A DNA stretch of 64,000 bases, from assembly GCA_963701565.1 (NCBI GenBank), contig CAVPAN010000007.1, positions 25,362 through 89,361 on the forward strand, read 5' to 3'. The position numbers and the translations under genes are program-made. This stretch comes from an uncultured Microthrixaceae bacterium. GTDB lineage: Bacteria > Actinomycetota > Acidimicrobiia > Acidimicrobiales > DATDAH01. Below the pieces are notes generated by a model. It was given only the letters and a program-made list of their open reading frames with translations. It was not told where the DNA came from and searched no databases. Of this stretch, positions 54,664 through 64,000 are shown piece by piece. How positions within the stretch are numbered: the first letter of the stretch is position 1; every line of letters starts with the position of its first letter.

Positions 54664-55125
54664 GTGAAGTCCCCGGACGAGTTGACCATGGCGTTCCGGG
54701 AGCAGGGCCTTCGGGTCACGCCCCAGCGCCAGGCGATCTTCCGCATCCTGCACGGGAGCGAGCGGCACCCGACCGCGGAGTGGGTCCACGAGGCCGCCCG
54801 CGTCGACATGCCGACGATCTCCCTGAAGACCGTCTACCAGACGCTGAACGACCTGGCGGCCATGGGTGAGCTCCAGCAGCTCCACCTCGGTCGCGGGTCC
54901 GCCCGTTTCGACCCCACCGACGCGCCGCACCATCACCTGGTGTGCGAGTCGTGCGGGGCGGTGGTCGACCTGCACGCGGACTTCACGGACCTCCAGGTGC
55001 CCGACGGCCTCGGCCACGGGTTCCTGGTGTCGAGCACCGAGATCGTCTTCCGGGGCCGTTGTGCAGAGTGCACGCCGACCCAGGACGGCGCCGGTGTGGT
55101 TGCCAACGCATCATCCAACACCTGA
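54664..55125 (+). CDS. Fur-family transcriptional regulator (PerR/Zur-like)
   Basis: This is an intact ORF: [30 protein letters not shown]...[16 protein letters not shown]...[14 protein letters not shown]...RGRCAEC. The start may instead be ATG 54688. Confidence 0.8.
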   Translation: MKSPDELTMAFREQGLRVTPQRQAIFRILHGSERHPTAEWVHEAARVDMPTISLKTVYQTLNDLAAMGELQQLHLGRGSARFDPTDAPHHHLVCESCGAVVDLHADFTDLQVPDGLGHGFLVSSTEIVFRGRCAECTPTQDGAGVVANASSNT

Positions 55126-55141
55126 AGGAGAACTGCCCCGC

Positions 55142-55561
<420 letters not shown>

Positions 55562-55575
55562 TACCGCAGTCCGCC

Positions 55576-55606
55576 GGCCCCGGGAGCGCCCGTCGCTCCC
55601 GGGGCC
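55576..55606 (+). terminator. 13-bp-stem hairpin between the rubrerythrin and DUF3501 genes
   Basis: The hairpin is GGCCCCGGGAGCG-CCCGT-CGCTCCCGGGGCC. No U-tract follows, which is common in high-GC actinobacteria. Confidence 0.45.
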
Positions 55607-55634
55607 GACGGCGGGCGCGATCCGGAGCAACCCG

Positions 55635-56237
55635 ATGAACGAACCCCTCACCATCGACGACATCGTCGACCAGCGGGCCTACGAGCGCGAGCGTGAGGAC
55701 TTCCGAGGCCACGTCATCGCCCTGAAGCGCCGCCGCCGGGTCGGCGTCGGTCCCTTCGTGACCCTGGTGTTCGAGAACCGCGACACGGTGCGCTTCCAGA
55801 TCCAGGAGATGGCCCGGGTCGAGAAGATCATCACCGACGAGGGCATCCAGATGGAGCTCGACGTCTACAACCCGCTGATCCCGGGTCCCGGCCAGATCAG
55901 TGCCACCCTCTTCGTCGAGCTGGTCGACAACGACCAGCTCGTGGAGTGGCTGCCGAAGCTGGTCGGCATCGAGACCGAGGTCGAGCTGCGCCTCGGCCCG
56001 TCCGGCGGCCGCCGGGTGCGGTGCCGGGTCGACGAGGCCCACCTGCGCCAGCTCACCCGCGAGGAGATCACCGCGTCGGTCCACTACGTCCACTTCGACC
56101 TCGACGACGACGAGGTCGAAGCCTTCGCCGAGGGTCCCGTGATCCTCGCGGTGACGCACCCGAACTACGCCCACGATCTCGAGCTGAGCGAGGACACCCG
56201 GTCCGAGTTGCTCGCCGATCTGCGGGGAGGGACCTGA
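55635..56237 (+). CDS. DUF3501-family protein
   Basis: This is an intact reading frame: [36 protein letters not shown]...[13 protein letters not shown]...[18 protein letters not shown]...SVHYVHFDL...HPNYAH. The family assignment is from memory of the motif pattern. Confidence 0.55.
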   Translation: MNEPLTIDDIVDQRAYEREREDFRGHVIALKRRRRVGVGPFVTLVFENRDTVRFQIQEMARVEKIITDEGIQMELDVYNPLIPGPGQISATLFVELVDNDQLVEWLPKLVGIETEVELRLGPSGGRRVRCRVDEAHLRQLTREEITASVHYVHFDLDDDEVEAFAEGPVILAVTHPNYAHDLELSEDTRSELLADLRGGT

Positions 56238-56374
56238 CGATCCGTCAGGATTCACTGACGTGGGTGTCAGTTCGCCTTGCGCGGGCGGTCGGATATTGCC
56301 GATACTGCGCCGTGCCGACCAAGGGGGGTCGGGCCCCGAGACGGGGGGCAACCGAGGGGAGCTGAGCGGAACCG

Positions 56375-56611
56375 ATGGCCATCGCCGAGATCTGGAACGA
56401 CCAGGCAGCGTGTCGGGGACTGGACCCCGAGATCTTCTATCCCGTGTCCGAGGAAGAAGCCGAGACCGCCAAGTCGGTGTGTGGTCAGTGCGCCGTGCAG
56501 CCGGCCTGTCTGGAGCACGCTCTCGGCTCGCGTGAGCGGGACGGGGTCTGGGGTGGCGCCACGGAGAAGGAACGCCGCCGCATCATCCGTCAGCGCCGCC
56601 GATCGAACTGA
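56375..56611 (+). CDS. whiB: WhiB-family transcriptional regulator
   Basis: The intact ORF reads AACRGLDPEIFYP...AKSVCGQCAVQPACLEHAL...GVWGGATEKERRRIIRQRR. It has four Cys plus the GVWGG turn. Confidence 0.85.
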   Translation: MAIAEIWNDQAACRGLDPEIFYPVSEEEAETAKSVCGQCAVQPACLEHALGSRERDGVWGGATEKERRRIIRQRRRSN

Positions 56612-56620
56612 CGTGACCTC

Positions 56621-57668
56621 GTGACCGCGGGCTTTGCGGGATGGCCCGTGGTCCTCGCCGAGGTCGCGGCCGGCCGCGACCTCGATCCGGCCCTGGCCCA
56701 CGCGGCCATGGAGCAGATCCTCGCGGGCGAGGCGACGCCGGCCCAGATCGCCGGGCTGATCGTCGGCCTCCGCATCAAGGGCGAGACGGTCGAGGAGCTG
56801 GCCGCGCTGCGTCAGGCGATGCTCGACGCGGCCGTGCGCATCACCCTTCCGGAGGGCATCGACCCGGTCGACACCTGCGGCACCGGCGGGGACCGTGCGG
56901 GAACGATCAACGTGTCGAGCATCGCCGCCCTGGTGCTGGCCGGTGGCGGTGTCTGCGTCCTGAAGCACGGCAACCGGGCCTCGTCCTCCCAGTGCGGCTC
57001 GGCGGACGTGTACGAGGCCCTCGGGATGAGCATCGACCTCGGACCCGACGAGGTGGCGGCCTCGGTCGTCGAGACCGGCTTCGGCTTCGCGCTGGCTCCC
57101 CGGTTCCACGCCTCCATGCGTCATGCCGGCCCCACCCGCAAGGAGCTGGGCATCCCCACCGCCTTCAACTTCCTCGGACCCATAGCGAATCCCGCGGGAG
57201 TCCGTCGTCAGGTGGTCGGCGTGGCCGACGGCGGCATGGCGGAGCGGATGCTCGGCGTGCTCCAGGCCTCGGGCACGACCCGGGCCCTCGTGGTCTACGG
57301 CGCCGACGGGCTCGACGAGTTGACGACGACCACCACGAGCACCGTGCACGAGCTCCGGAACGGCGCGGTGTCCACCTACGAGGTCGATCCCACGACCTTC
57401 GGGCCTGGCCGCCGCCGCCCCGGACGACCTGCTCGGCGGGACGGCGGCGGAGAACGCGGCGTCGGCCCGCCGGGTGCTCGGCGGGGGAGCCGGGGCCCCA
57501 CCGCGACATCGTCGTCCTCAACGCCGCCGCCGGGCTTCGTCGTGGCCGACGCGGCGGCCGACCTGGCCGGAGGCGTGACGTCTGGCCCAGGCCGCCATCG
57601 ACGACGGCCGGGCCGAAGCCAAGCTCGCCCAGGTCGTCGAGATCGGCACCCGCCTCGCCGCCGGCTGA
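56621..57668 (+). CDS. trpD: Anthranilate phosphoribosyltransferase (2-3 frameshifts in the 3' third)
   Basis: The reading is ATPAQIAGLIVGLRIKGETVEEL...VDTCGTGGDRAGTINVSS...VLKHGNRASSSQCGSADVYEALG...NFLGPIANPAG... The tail VVLNAAAGLVVAD...AKLAQVVEIGTRLAAG* lies in other frames. Confidence 0.85.
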
Positions 57669-57798
57669 ACCAACGACAACGACGCAGGGATGGGGGCGTG
57701 GGGTCGGCCGCCGGGTGTCGGCGGCGGTCGGTCGCTCCGTGTTGGCCACGCTCGGTGGCGATCTGTCGGCGTCGTGGTCCGGGTACGAGGTGGTTGTC

Positions 57799-57845
57799 GA
57801 ACTCAGCGCGGCAACCGCGCCAGCGCGGTCAACTGCGCTGAGTTC
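57799..57845. terminator. Nested hairpin between convergent genes (bidirectional terminator candidate)
   Basis: The outer stem is GAACTCAGCGC-(25 nt)-GCGCTGAGTTC, and the loop contains an inner ACCGCG/CGCGGT stem. Confidence 0.4.
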
Positions 57846-58003
57846 GGGTGATGCGCGCCAATCCGACCACGGTCTGTGGGGTCGGAGGGCATCCGCCCCC
57901 GACGAGACCGGGCCCGTTGCTACGCCCCCTTTCCTGCCTCGTTGGTGGTTGCCGGCACCCGGAGGACGAGGGTGTACGCGGGCCGTCGCCGGCACCGGGT
58001 CGG

Positions 58004-58486
58004 TCAGGTCCCGCGAACGGTGTGGTCGATGGCGTCGAGCTCGGCGTGGGCCTCGGCGAGGGCGGCCAGGCGCTCGTAGGGGTCGCCCACGGCGTCGAGG
58101 TCGAGCGGGCGGCGGATGGCCAGGGCCAGGCGGTCCAATTCGTCGGCCTCGGCCCGGAGCGCCCGCAGGGCGGCGGTCCGGGAGCCGTAGGGCTGGCGGG
58201 CGGCGAGGACGACCCGGCGGTCGAGCTCGACGGCGTGCTCGGCCACGGCCAACGGCAACTCGCGGCCACTGTGGACCGAGGCCACCCGGACCGTGGTCTG
58301 CAGGCGACGGTGGAGGCGGGCCGGCGTCGACGGCGTGACCAACCAGCGCAAGGGGGCCGGCGAGGCCACCTTCGGGTGGACCCGGTTCCGGCGCCGGAGT
58401 CGCCACCGCACGACGAGCACGGGCACGACGATGCCGACCGCCACGACGATGCCGATGCTCAGGAGGGCGGTGAGCAGGTCCGACAC
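58004..58486 (-). CDS. Hypothetical N-terminally membrane-anchored protein
   Basis: This is an intact 160-aa ORF with the TM segment MSDLLTALLSIGIVVAVGIVVPVLVV. No family was recognised. Confidence 0.4.
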   Translation of the reverse strand: MSDLLTALLSIGIVVAVGIVVPVLVVRWRLRRRNRVHPKVASPAPLRWLVTPSTPARLHRRLQTTVRVASVHSGRELPLAVAEHAVELDRRVVLAARQPYGSRTAALRALRAEADELDRLALAIRRPLDLDAVGDPYERLAALAEAHAELDAIDHTVRGT

Positions 58487-58490
58487 GCTC

Positions 58491-60194
58491 TCAGGCTACC
58501 GGCCGTCGACGCCGCCGTCCGGGGGTGAAGGTCGGCAGGCGGGGGTAGGGCGAGGCCAGGCCGCCGTCGCAGTGGGTCAACCGGAACTGGCCGGCCCGGT
58601 CGTCCAGCCACCGGGACACGCAGAGCAGCTCGTCGACCTCGCCGGCGGTCACCACGCCGCCGTCCTCGGGCGCCACGGCATCCAGCGCCAGCGAAGGCTG
58701 GTGGTCCGCCCAGGACCGCACCAGGTGGCCGTTGACCAGCTCGGCCCCTCCGCCGCCGTCCAGCTCGATCAGGACCCGCCCCGCGCGGCGGAGGCGCTCC
58801 AGCCGTCGCTGGCGCTCGAGCGCCAGGCTCAGGGCCGCCGCCCGTTCCCGGACGTCGGCCGCCTCCTCGAAGCGCTGGTCCCGGGCCAGCGCCGCCATGC
58901 GCTCCCGCAGCGGGGCCAGCAGGATCTCGGGCTCGCGGGTGAGGCCCCGGAGGGCCCGTTGGACCAGTCGGTCGTACTCCTCGATCCCGACCGTCCCGGC
59001 ACACGGGCAGGTGGCCACTCCCAGCTGGGCCGGCGCACAGGGTGCCTCCCTCCGGCCCGTCGGCCGACGCGTGCACCGGCGGAGAGGCACCGTCGTCTCG
59101 ATGGCTTCGGCCACCCGCTTGGCGAAGCGGGAGCTGGGCAGGGGGCCGAGGTAGAAGGCCCCGTCGTCCCGGGTCGTGCGCACCACCGACAACCGGGGAA
59201 AGGCCTCGCCACAGGTCAGCTTCAGGTAGGTGTAGCCGCCCGACCGGGTGCCGACCCTGTTGAAGCGGGGGGTCCACTCGGCGATGAGCCGGACCTCGAG
59301 GACCTCGGCCTCCATGGGGCCTTCGCACACGGTGTGGTCGATGCGAACGGTCTCCCGCAGGAGCTGAGCGACCTTTCGGCGCCGGTCGCTGGAGAAGTAG
59401 CTCCGGACGCGGGTGCGGAGGTTGGCCGCCTTGCCGACGTAGAGCGGTCGACCGTCGCGGTCCCGGAAGACGTAGACGCCGGGACGGCGGGGGAGGCGGT
59501 TGGTCAGCTTCAGCTTGGCCGCCTGCGGATGACGGTCGATCTTGGGCAGCCCGAGCAGGTCGTCGAGGCCGAGCACGCCGAGGCGGCCGGCCCGTTCGAG
59601 CAGGACGTGCAGCAGTTCGCCGGTGGCCAGGGCGTCGTCGAGGGCCCGGTGGCTGGGCTGGTGGCTGAGGCGGAAGTGCTCGGCCAGCGTGCCCAGCCGG
59701 TGGTTGCGGACCTCGTCGCCGAGGAGACGGCGGGACAGGGCGACCGTGTCGACCCGGGCCCGGTTCGGCGTGGACCGACCCGTGCGGTCACAGGCGGCCC
59801 GCAGGAACCCCAGGTCGAAGCCGATGTTGTGCCCGACCAGCACGGCGTCGCCCCAGAACTCGAGCAGCGAGGGCAGGACCGCCTCGATGGTCGGGGCAGG
59901 CACCAGCATCGAGTCGGTGATGCCGGTCAGGACGGTGATGACCGGGGGGACGGTCCGACCGGGGTTGACCAGCGTCTGGAACGTGCCGAGGCACTCACCG
60001 CCCCGCAGGAGGACCGCCCCCACCTCCGTGATGCGGTCCTCGGCGGCCGAGCCCCCGGTGGTCTCCAGGTCGACCACGCAGAAGGTCACCTCCGACAGCG
60101 GGGTGCCCAGGTCGTCGAGGGTGGCCTGCCCGGGAAGGGTCACGCCCGTGCCGCTGTCGAACGGGTGTTCGTCACCTCCGGCATGGTGGCACAT
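58491..60194 (-). CDS. DEDD exonuclease (DnaQ-like) fused to a GIY-YIG (UvrC N-terminal-like) nuclease domain
   Basis: The gene is intact from ATG 60194. Motifs: FCVVDLETTGGS, LVGHNIGFDLGFL, SHRALDDALATGELL, then GVYVFRDRDGRPLYVGKAANLRTRVRSYF...EAEVLEVRLIAEWTPRFN. Confidence 0.8.
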   Translation of the reverse strand: MCHHAGGDEHPFDSGTGVTLPGQATLDDLGTPLSEVTFCVVDLETTGGSAAEDRITEVGAVLLRGGECLGTFQTLVNPGRTVPPVITVLTGITDSMLVPAPTIEAVLPSLLEFWGDAVLVGHNIGFDLGFLRAACDRTGRSTPNRARVDTVALSRRLLGDEVRNHRLGTLAEHFRLSHQPSHRALDDALATGELLHVLLERAGRLGVLGLDDLLGLPKIDRHPQAAKLKLTNRLPRRPGVYVFRDRDGRPLYVGKAANLRTRVRSYFSSDRRRKVAQLLRETVRIDHTVCEGPMEAEVLEVRLIAEWTPRFNRVGTRSGGYTYLKLTCGEAFPRLSVVRTTRDDGAFYLGPLPSSRFAKRVAEAIETTVPLRRCTRRPTGRREAPCAPAQLGVATCPCAGTVGIEEYDRLVQRALRGLTREPEILLAPLRERMAALARDQRFEEAADVRERAAALSLALERQRRLERLRRAGRVLIELDGGGGAELVNGHLVRSWADHQPSLALDAVAPEDGGVVTAGEVDELLCVSRWLDDRAGQFRLTHCDGGLASPYPRLPTFTPGRRRRRPVA

Positions 60195-60449
60195 CGGTAC
60201 GGTTGGGGCGTGACCGGCCCGCGATTTCGTTGCTCCGCCTGCGGCAACCTGACCCGATTCGACGTGGTGACCAGCCGCCGCACCCGGGCGTTCCACCACT
60301 ACACGGTCGGCGGCGAGCTGTCCGTGGAGGACGAGGAGATCCTCGACGAGCGAGTGGAGGACGTGGCCTGCCGCTGGTGCGGGAACGGCGAGCACGTCGA
60401 GACGCTCTCGGCCGCTGAGGCCGCCGTCGTGGCCGAGGACGCGACCTGA
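60183..60449 (+). CDS. Small zinc-ribbon-like protein (start 60183 or GTG 60211)
   Basis: The tail of ORF 58293..60449 reads ...GPRFRCSACGNLTRFDVVTSRRTRAFHHYTVGGELSVEDEEILDERVEDVACRWCGNGEHVE... It has two CxxC pairs and is divergent from the exonuclease gene. Confidence 0.45.
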   Translation: MVAHRYGWGVTGPRFRCSACGNLTRFDVVTSRRTRAFHHYTVGGELSVEDEEILDERVEDVACRWCGNGEHVETLSAAEAAVVAEDAT

Positions 60450-60460
60450 GCGGGCCGCCG

Positions 60461-61717
60461 GTGGACCCCTCCGTGGTCCGCTCGGCCCTCGAACGGGCCC
60501 TCGAGGTGGCCCGTCAGGGGGAGGAGGCCACCCCGACGGTGGCCGCCCCCAAGGCATTGGCTCGTTACCTGAGCTTCCAGAAGCTCACCGGCCCGGCATC
60601 GGCGGCGGTCCTGCGGGTCCTGGAGACCGACGACGGGTTCCGGGCCCGGGTCCTGGCCGCCACCTCACCGGAGGACGTCACTGCAGCCGGGTGGCTGGCG
60701 CTCTCGCGACCCACGGGGTGGCAGGAGCTGCTCCAGGCGGTCGCCGCCGGACAGGACGAGGCCAGCGAGACCCAGGAGGCCGAGCGGCGGCTGCGGGAGC
60801 TCCAGCGGTCCCTGGAGGCATCCGAGCGCAAGCGGGCACACGCGGAGGCCGAGCTGGTCCGCCAACGGGACGAGTCCGAGGCGGCGACCGAGGAGCTGGC
60901 CGGCCTGCGCCGGGACCGGCGCCGGGCCGAGGAGTCGCTGTCGTCGGCGGAGCGCCGGCTGGCGGAGGTGGAGCAGAAGCTGGAGGACCGCGAGGCCCGC
61001 CTGGCCGAGGCCCACGGAGCGCGGGAGGCCCGCGAGCACGAGCTGGACCAGGCCCAGCACCTGCTCACCGAGGCCCAGGTCGAGCTCGAGCGCCGTCCGG
61101 CGCCGTTGGTCCCGGGTGAGCGACCGGTCGACGTGGCCGCCCTCCGAGAGGCCGCCTCCCGCCTGCAGCGGGCGGCGGCCACCCTGGCCAAGTCCGTCGA
61201 CGGCGTGCTCGCCGCCGTGCCACCCGAGCCGGTGGTGATCGACGAGAAGCCCTCGCCGCCGCGAGCCCCGGGGCCCCCTGACGCCTTCCCGGGGGTGTCG
61301 TGGCCGACACGGTCGGCGGGGCCCGGTGGCTCCTCGGGCAGGCCGGGGTCGTGCTCTTGGTCGACGGCTACAACGTGGCCAAGGCGGCCTGGCCCGACGA
61401 GGACCTCGAGTCCCAGCGCGACCCACCTGATCCGGGCCCTCGACGCGTTGACGGTCCGCACCGGCGCCACCGCCGAGATCGTCTTCGACGGCCCCGACGA
61501 TCCGGCCCCGGCGGCCCGACAGGGCACCCGTTCGGTCGGTGTCGGCTACAGCGGCGGCGCCCTGGCCGACGACGTCGTGGTCGACCTCGTCGACGCCTAC
61601 CCGCCGGACCGTGCCGTGGTGGTCGTCTCCAGCGACCGCGAGGTCCGGGATGCCGCCCGGGCCAAGGCCGCCACCGTCATCGGCTCCGACACCCTGATCG
61701 CCGTCTTCGCCGGGTGA
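60461..61717 (+). CDS. Coiled-coil protein with C-terminal NYN/YacP-like domain (shifts out of and back into frame near 61,27x-61,43x)
   Basis: ORF 60461..61717 (418 aa) has a central coiled coil. The NYN signature VVLLVDGYNVAKAAWPDEDLESQRD is in ORF 61300..61752. The reading continues as HLIRALDALTVRTGATAEIVFDG...VVVSSDREVRDAA in the main frame. Confidence 0.55.
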   Translation: MDPSVVRSALERALEVARQGEEATPTVAAPKALARYLSFQKLTGPASAAVLRVLETDDGFRARVLAATSPEDVTAAGWLALSRPTGWQELLQAVAAGQDEASETQEAERRLRELQRSLEASERKRAHAEAELVRQRDESEAATEELAGLRRDRRRAEESLSSAERRLAEVEQKLEDREARLAEAHGAREAREHELDQAQHLLTEAQVELERRPAPLVPGERPVDVAALREAASRLQRAAATLAKSVDGVLAAVPPEPVVIDEKPSPPRAPGPPDAFPGVSWPTRSAGPGGSSGRPGSCSWSTATTWPRRPGPTRTSSPSATHLIRALDALTVRTGATAEIVFDGPDDPAPAARQGTRSVGVGYSGGALADDVVVDLVDAYPPDRAVVVVSSDREVRDAARAKAATVIGSDTLIAVFAG

Positions 61718-61748
61718 GCTGTCAGACCCCCTCTCGTACTGTCTCGGT

Positions 61749-61937
61749 ATGAGGATCGATTGCGACGAGTGCGTCCAGCAGCACACCTCCACCTGTGACG
61801 ACTGCGTCGTGACCTTCCTGCTCGGGCGGGAGGCCGACGACGCCGTGGTCATCGACGTGGGCGAGGAGCGCAAGCTCCGCCTGCTGCAGGACGCCGGCCT
61901 GGTGCCCGAGCTGCGTCACGAGCCCCGGACAGGCTGA
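61749..61937 (+). CDS. Small Cys-rich hypothetical protein
   Basis: The intact 62-aa ORF reads MRIDCDECVQQHTSTCDDCVVTFLLGREADDAVVIDVGEERKLRLLQDAGLVPELR. Confidence 0.4.
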   Translation: MRIDCDECVQQHTSTCDDCVVTFLLGREADDAVVIDVGEERKLRLLQDAGLVPELRHEPRTG

Positions 61938-61977
61938 GGACTCGCCGGTCGCGCCGCCCCGGTGCGACCATGGGTCC

Positions 61978-63034
61978 GTGTCCGCCGTCCCCGCGCTCGT
62001 CGACCGCCTCCGCGCCGTGGGCCGCGAGGCCGGCCTCGACGCCTTGGGGTTCGCCGCGGCCGAGCCCTTCACCTCCACCCGACGACGACCTGGTGGAGCG
62101 CAAGGCGGCCGGGCCTCCACGGCGGGATGCAGTTCACCTACCGCGACCCCGCCCGCTCGACCGATCCCGGCCGGATCCTGGCCGGGGCCCGGACGCTGGT
62201 CGTGGGCGCCCGCTCGTACCGGCGGGCCGCGCCGGCGCGGCCCGCGGGACCGGCCGACGGCGCGGGTGGCCGCCTACGCCTGGCGGGACCACTACGCCGA
62301 CCTCCGGTCGGGCCTGCAGGCGGTGGCCGAGGTCCTCGGGGCCGAGGGCTGGCAGACCCGGGTGGTGGCCGACGACAACGCCCTCGGTCGACCGGGAGGC
62401 GGCCGTGCGGGCCGGGCTCGGCTGGTACGGCAGGAACAGCACGGTCCTGTTCCCCGGGCACGGCAGCGAGTTCGTCCTCGGCTCGGTGGTGACCGACGCC
62501 GACCTGCCGGTCGCCGCCGAGCGGGTGGCCGACGGCTGTGGCCCCTGCCGCCGTTGCGTGGACGCCTGCCCGACCGGCGCCATCGTGGCCCCGGGGTGAT
62601 CGACGCCCGGCGCTGCCTGGCCTGGCTGGTGCAGGCCGCAGGGGACTTCCCCGAGGAGCACCGGGCGGCGCTGGGTGATCGCATCTACGGCTGCGACGAC
62701 TGCCAGGACGTCTGCCCGGTCAACCGGCGCTCGGCGGCGTGCCGACGGCGTGCCGGCGGCCGAGGCCGACGCCGTCGACCGCGTGGACCTCGTCGCCCTC
62801 CTGGGTGCCGACGACGAGCCCTGCTCGCCGCCCACGGCCGCTGGTACATCCCCGATCGGGACCCCCGCTACCTTCGCCGCAACGCCCTCGTGGCCCTCGG
62901 CAACTCCGGCCGGGGCGACGACCCCGCGGTGATCGACGCCCTCGCGGCCCACCGCGACGGCGACGACGACCTGCTGGCCCGTCACGCCACCTGGGCCCTC
63001 GATCGCCTGGGCGCCGACGGCGGGGCCGGTGTGA
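61978..63034 (+). CDS. queG: Epoxyqueuosine reductase (at least 5 frameshifts)
   Basis: The reading is VSAVPALVDRLRAVGREAGLDALGFAAAEPF.../GMQFTYRDPARSTDPGRILAGARTLVVGARSY/.../DREAAVRAGLGWYGRNSTVLFPGHGSEFVLGSVVTDADL...CGPCRRCVDACPTGAI.../RCLAWLVQ...IYGCDDCQDVCPVN/...RRNALVALGN. Confidence 0.75.
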
Positions 63035-64000
63035 AGCACCTCCTCGTCACCAACGACTTCCCGCCCAAGCTCGGGGGGATCCAGTCGTACCTGTGGGAGC
63101 TCTGGCGGCGGCTGCCCCCGGCGTCCTTCACCGTGCTCACCACGCCCTACGCCGGGGCTGAGGCCTTCGACGCCGAGCAGGCCTATCGGGTGGTGCGCAG
63201 CCGCGAGCCCGTCCTGCTGCCGCAGCCCGCTCCTGGCCCGGAAGATCGACGCCCTCGCCGAGGCGACCGGCGCCGAGCTGATCGTCCTGGACCCGGCCCT
63301 GCCCGTCGGCCTGCTCGGCCCGCACCTGGCCCGGCCCTACGGCGTGGTCCTGCACGGGGCCGAGGTCACCGTGCCCGGCCGCCTGCCGGGCACCCGGCAG
63401 CTGCTGCGTCGGGTCCTGCGGGGCGCCGAGCTCGTCATCGCCGCCGGGCGCTACCCGGCGGCCGAGGGGGAGCGGGCGGCCGGCCGGGAGCTCCCGTCGG
63501 TCCACGTGCCCCCGGGTGTCGACACCGACCGGTTCCAGCCCCTCGACCAAGCGGCAAGGGCGCGGCGCGGGCCCGCCTCGGCCTGCCCGTGGACGGCCAC
63601 CTCGTGGTCAGCCTCAGCCGCCTCGTGCCCCGCAAGGGCATGGACACCCTGATCCGGGCCGCCGCCGAGCTGGCCCCGAGCCGCCCCGACCTCACCGTGG
63701 CCATCGGCGGCACGGGCCGGGACCGGGACCGGCTCGACGAAGCTGGTGGCCGAGACCGGAGCCCCGGTCGTGCTGCTGCGGTCGGGTCGCCGACGACGAC
63801 CTGCCCGACCTCTACGGCTGCGCCGACGTGTTCGCCATGCTGTGCCGCAACCGCTGGCGGGGCCTCGAGCAGGAGGGGTTCGGCATCGTGTTCCTCGAGG
63901 CCGCGGCCGCCGGCGTGCCGGCCGTGGCGGGCGACAGCGGCGGGGCGGCCGAGGCGGTGGCCGACGGTGAGACCGGCCTGGTCGTCGAGGCCCCGGACTC
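63031..64000 (+). CDS. GT4 glycosyltransferase, PimB-like mannosyltransferase (3' end outside window; frameshifted)
   Basis: The GTG at 63031 gives VKHLLVTNDFPPKLGGIQSYLWELWRRLPP...VVLHGAEVTVPG...VSLSRLVPRKGMDTLIRAAAEL...GTGRDRDRL...FAMLCRNRWRGLEQEGFGIVFLEAAAAGVPAVAGDSGGAAEAV. Confidence 0.65.
   Translation, partial: MKHLLVTNDFPPKLGGIQSYLWELWRRLPPASFTVLTTPYAGAEAFDAEQAYRVVRSREPVLLPQPAPGPEDRRPRRGDRRRADRPGPGPARRPARPAPGPALRRGPARGRGHRARPPAGHPAAAASGPAGRRARHRRRALPGGRGGAGGRPGAPVGPRAPGCRHRPVPAPRPSGKGAARARLGLPVDGHLVVSLSRLVPRKGMDTLIRAAAELAPSRPDLTVAIGGTGRDRDRLDEAGGRDRSPGRAAAVGSPTTTCPTSTAAPTCSPCCAATAGGASSRRGSASCSSRPRPPACRPWRATAAGRPRRWPTVRPAWSSRPRT

Overview
This window is not a single genomic context. 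By eye it has three parts. Part A (1 to ~26,285) is about 55% GC, with gene content typical of Planctomycetota: an ECF sigma plus Ser/Thr-kinase-TPR pair, a giant secreted protein with a LEDRRMLS leader, HExxH and dockerin-like repeats, typA, ubiB, rpsU, nadC, a comEA-like gene and uvrB. Part B (~26,292-26,860) is a ~570-bp lower-GC internal fragment of a cobT gene. Part C (26,861-64,000) is about 72% GC actinobacterial housekeeping DNA. It carries CNNM/CorC, coaA, DivIVA, a class A PBP, LigD-Pol, LCP, dinB, ECF sigma/anti-sigma, PAP2/DAGK, DUF222-HNH, RNase P RNA, a glpD-FAD oxidase-glpK operon, Fur-rubrerythrin-DUF3501, whiB, trpD, exonuclease-GIY-YIG, NYN, queG and a pimB-like GT. Both junctions cut genes mid-ORF, so I read them as a chimeric assembly or concatenated contigs, not HGT. 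Most genes on both sides are broken by apparent frameshifts, unevenly distributed. Many 'CDS' calls below are therefore reconstructions across several ORF-track fragments, and their boundaries are approximate. The most unusual signals that look biological are three long non-coding tandem arrays in part A. One is 66 bp x ~26 copies. The other two are 91-bp arrays (x7 and x5) in inverted orientation that, together with ~85 bp of extra inverted flank, bracket a 4.3-kb segment containing rpsU. I could not support a complete novel defence, mobile or biosynthetic system. All functional calls come from motif recognition by eye; no database search or computation was run.
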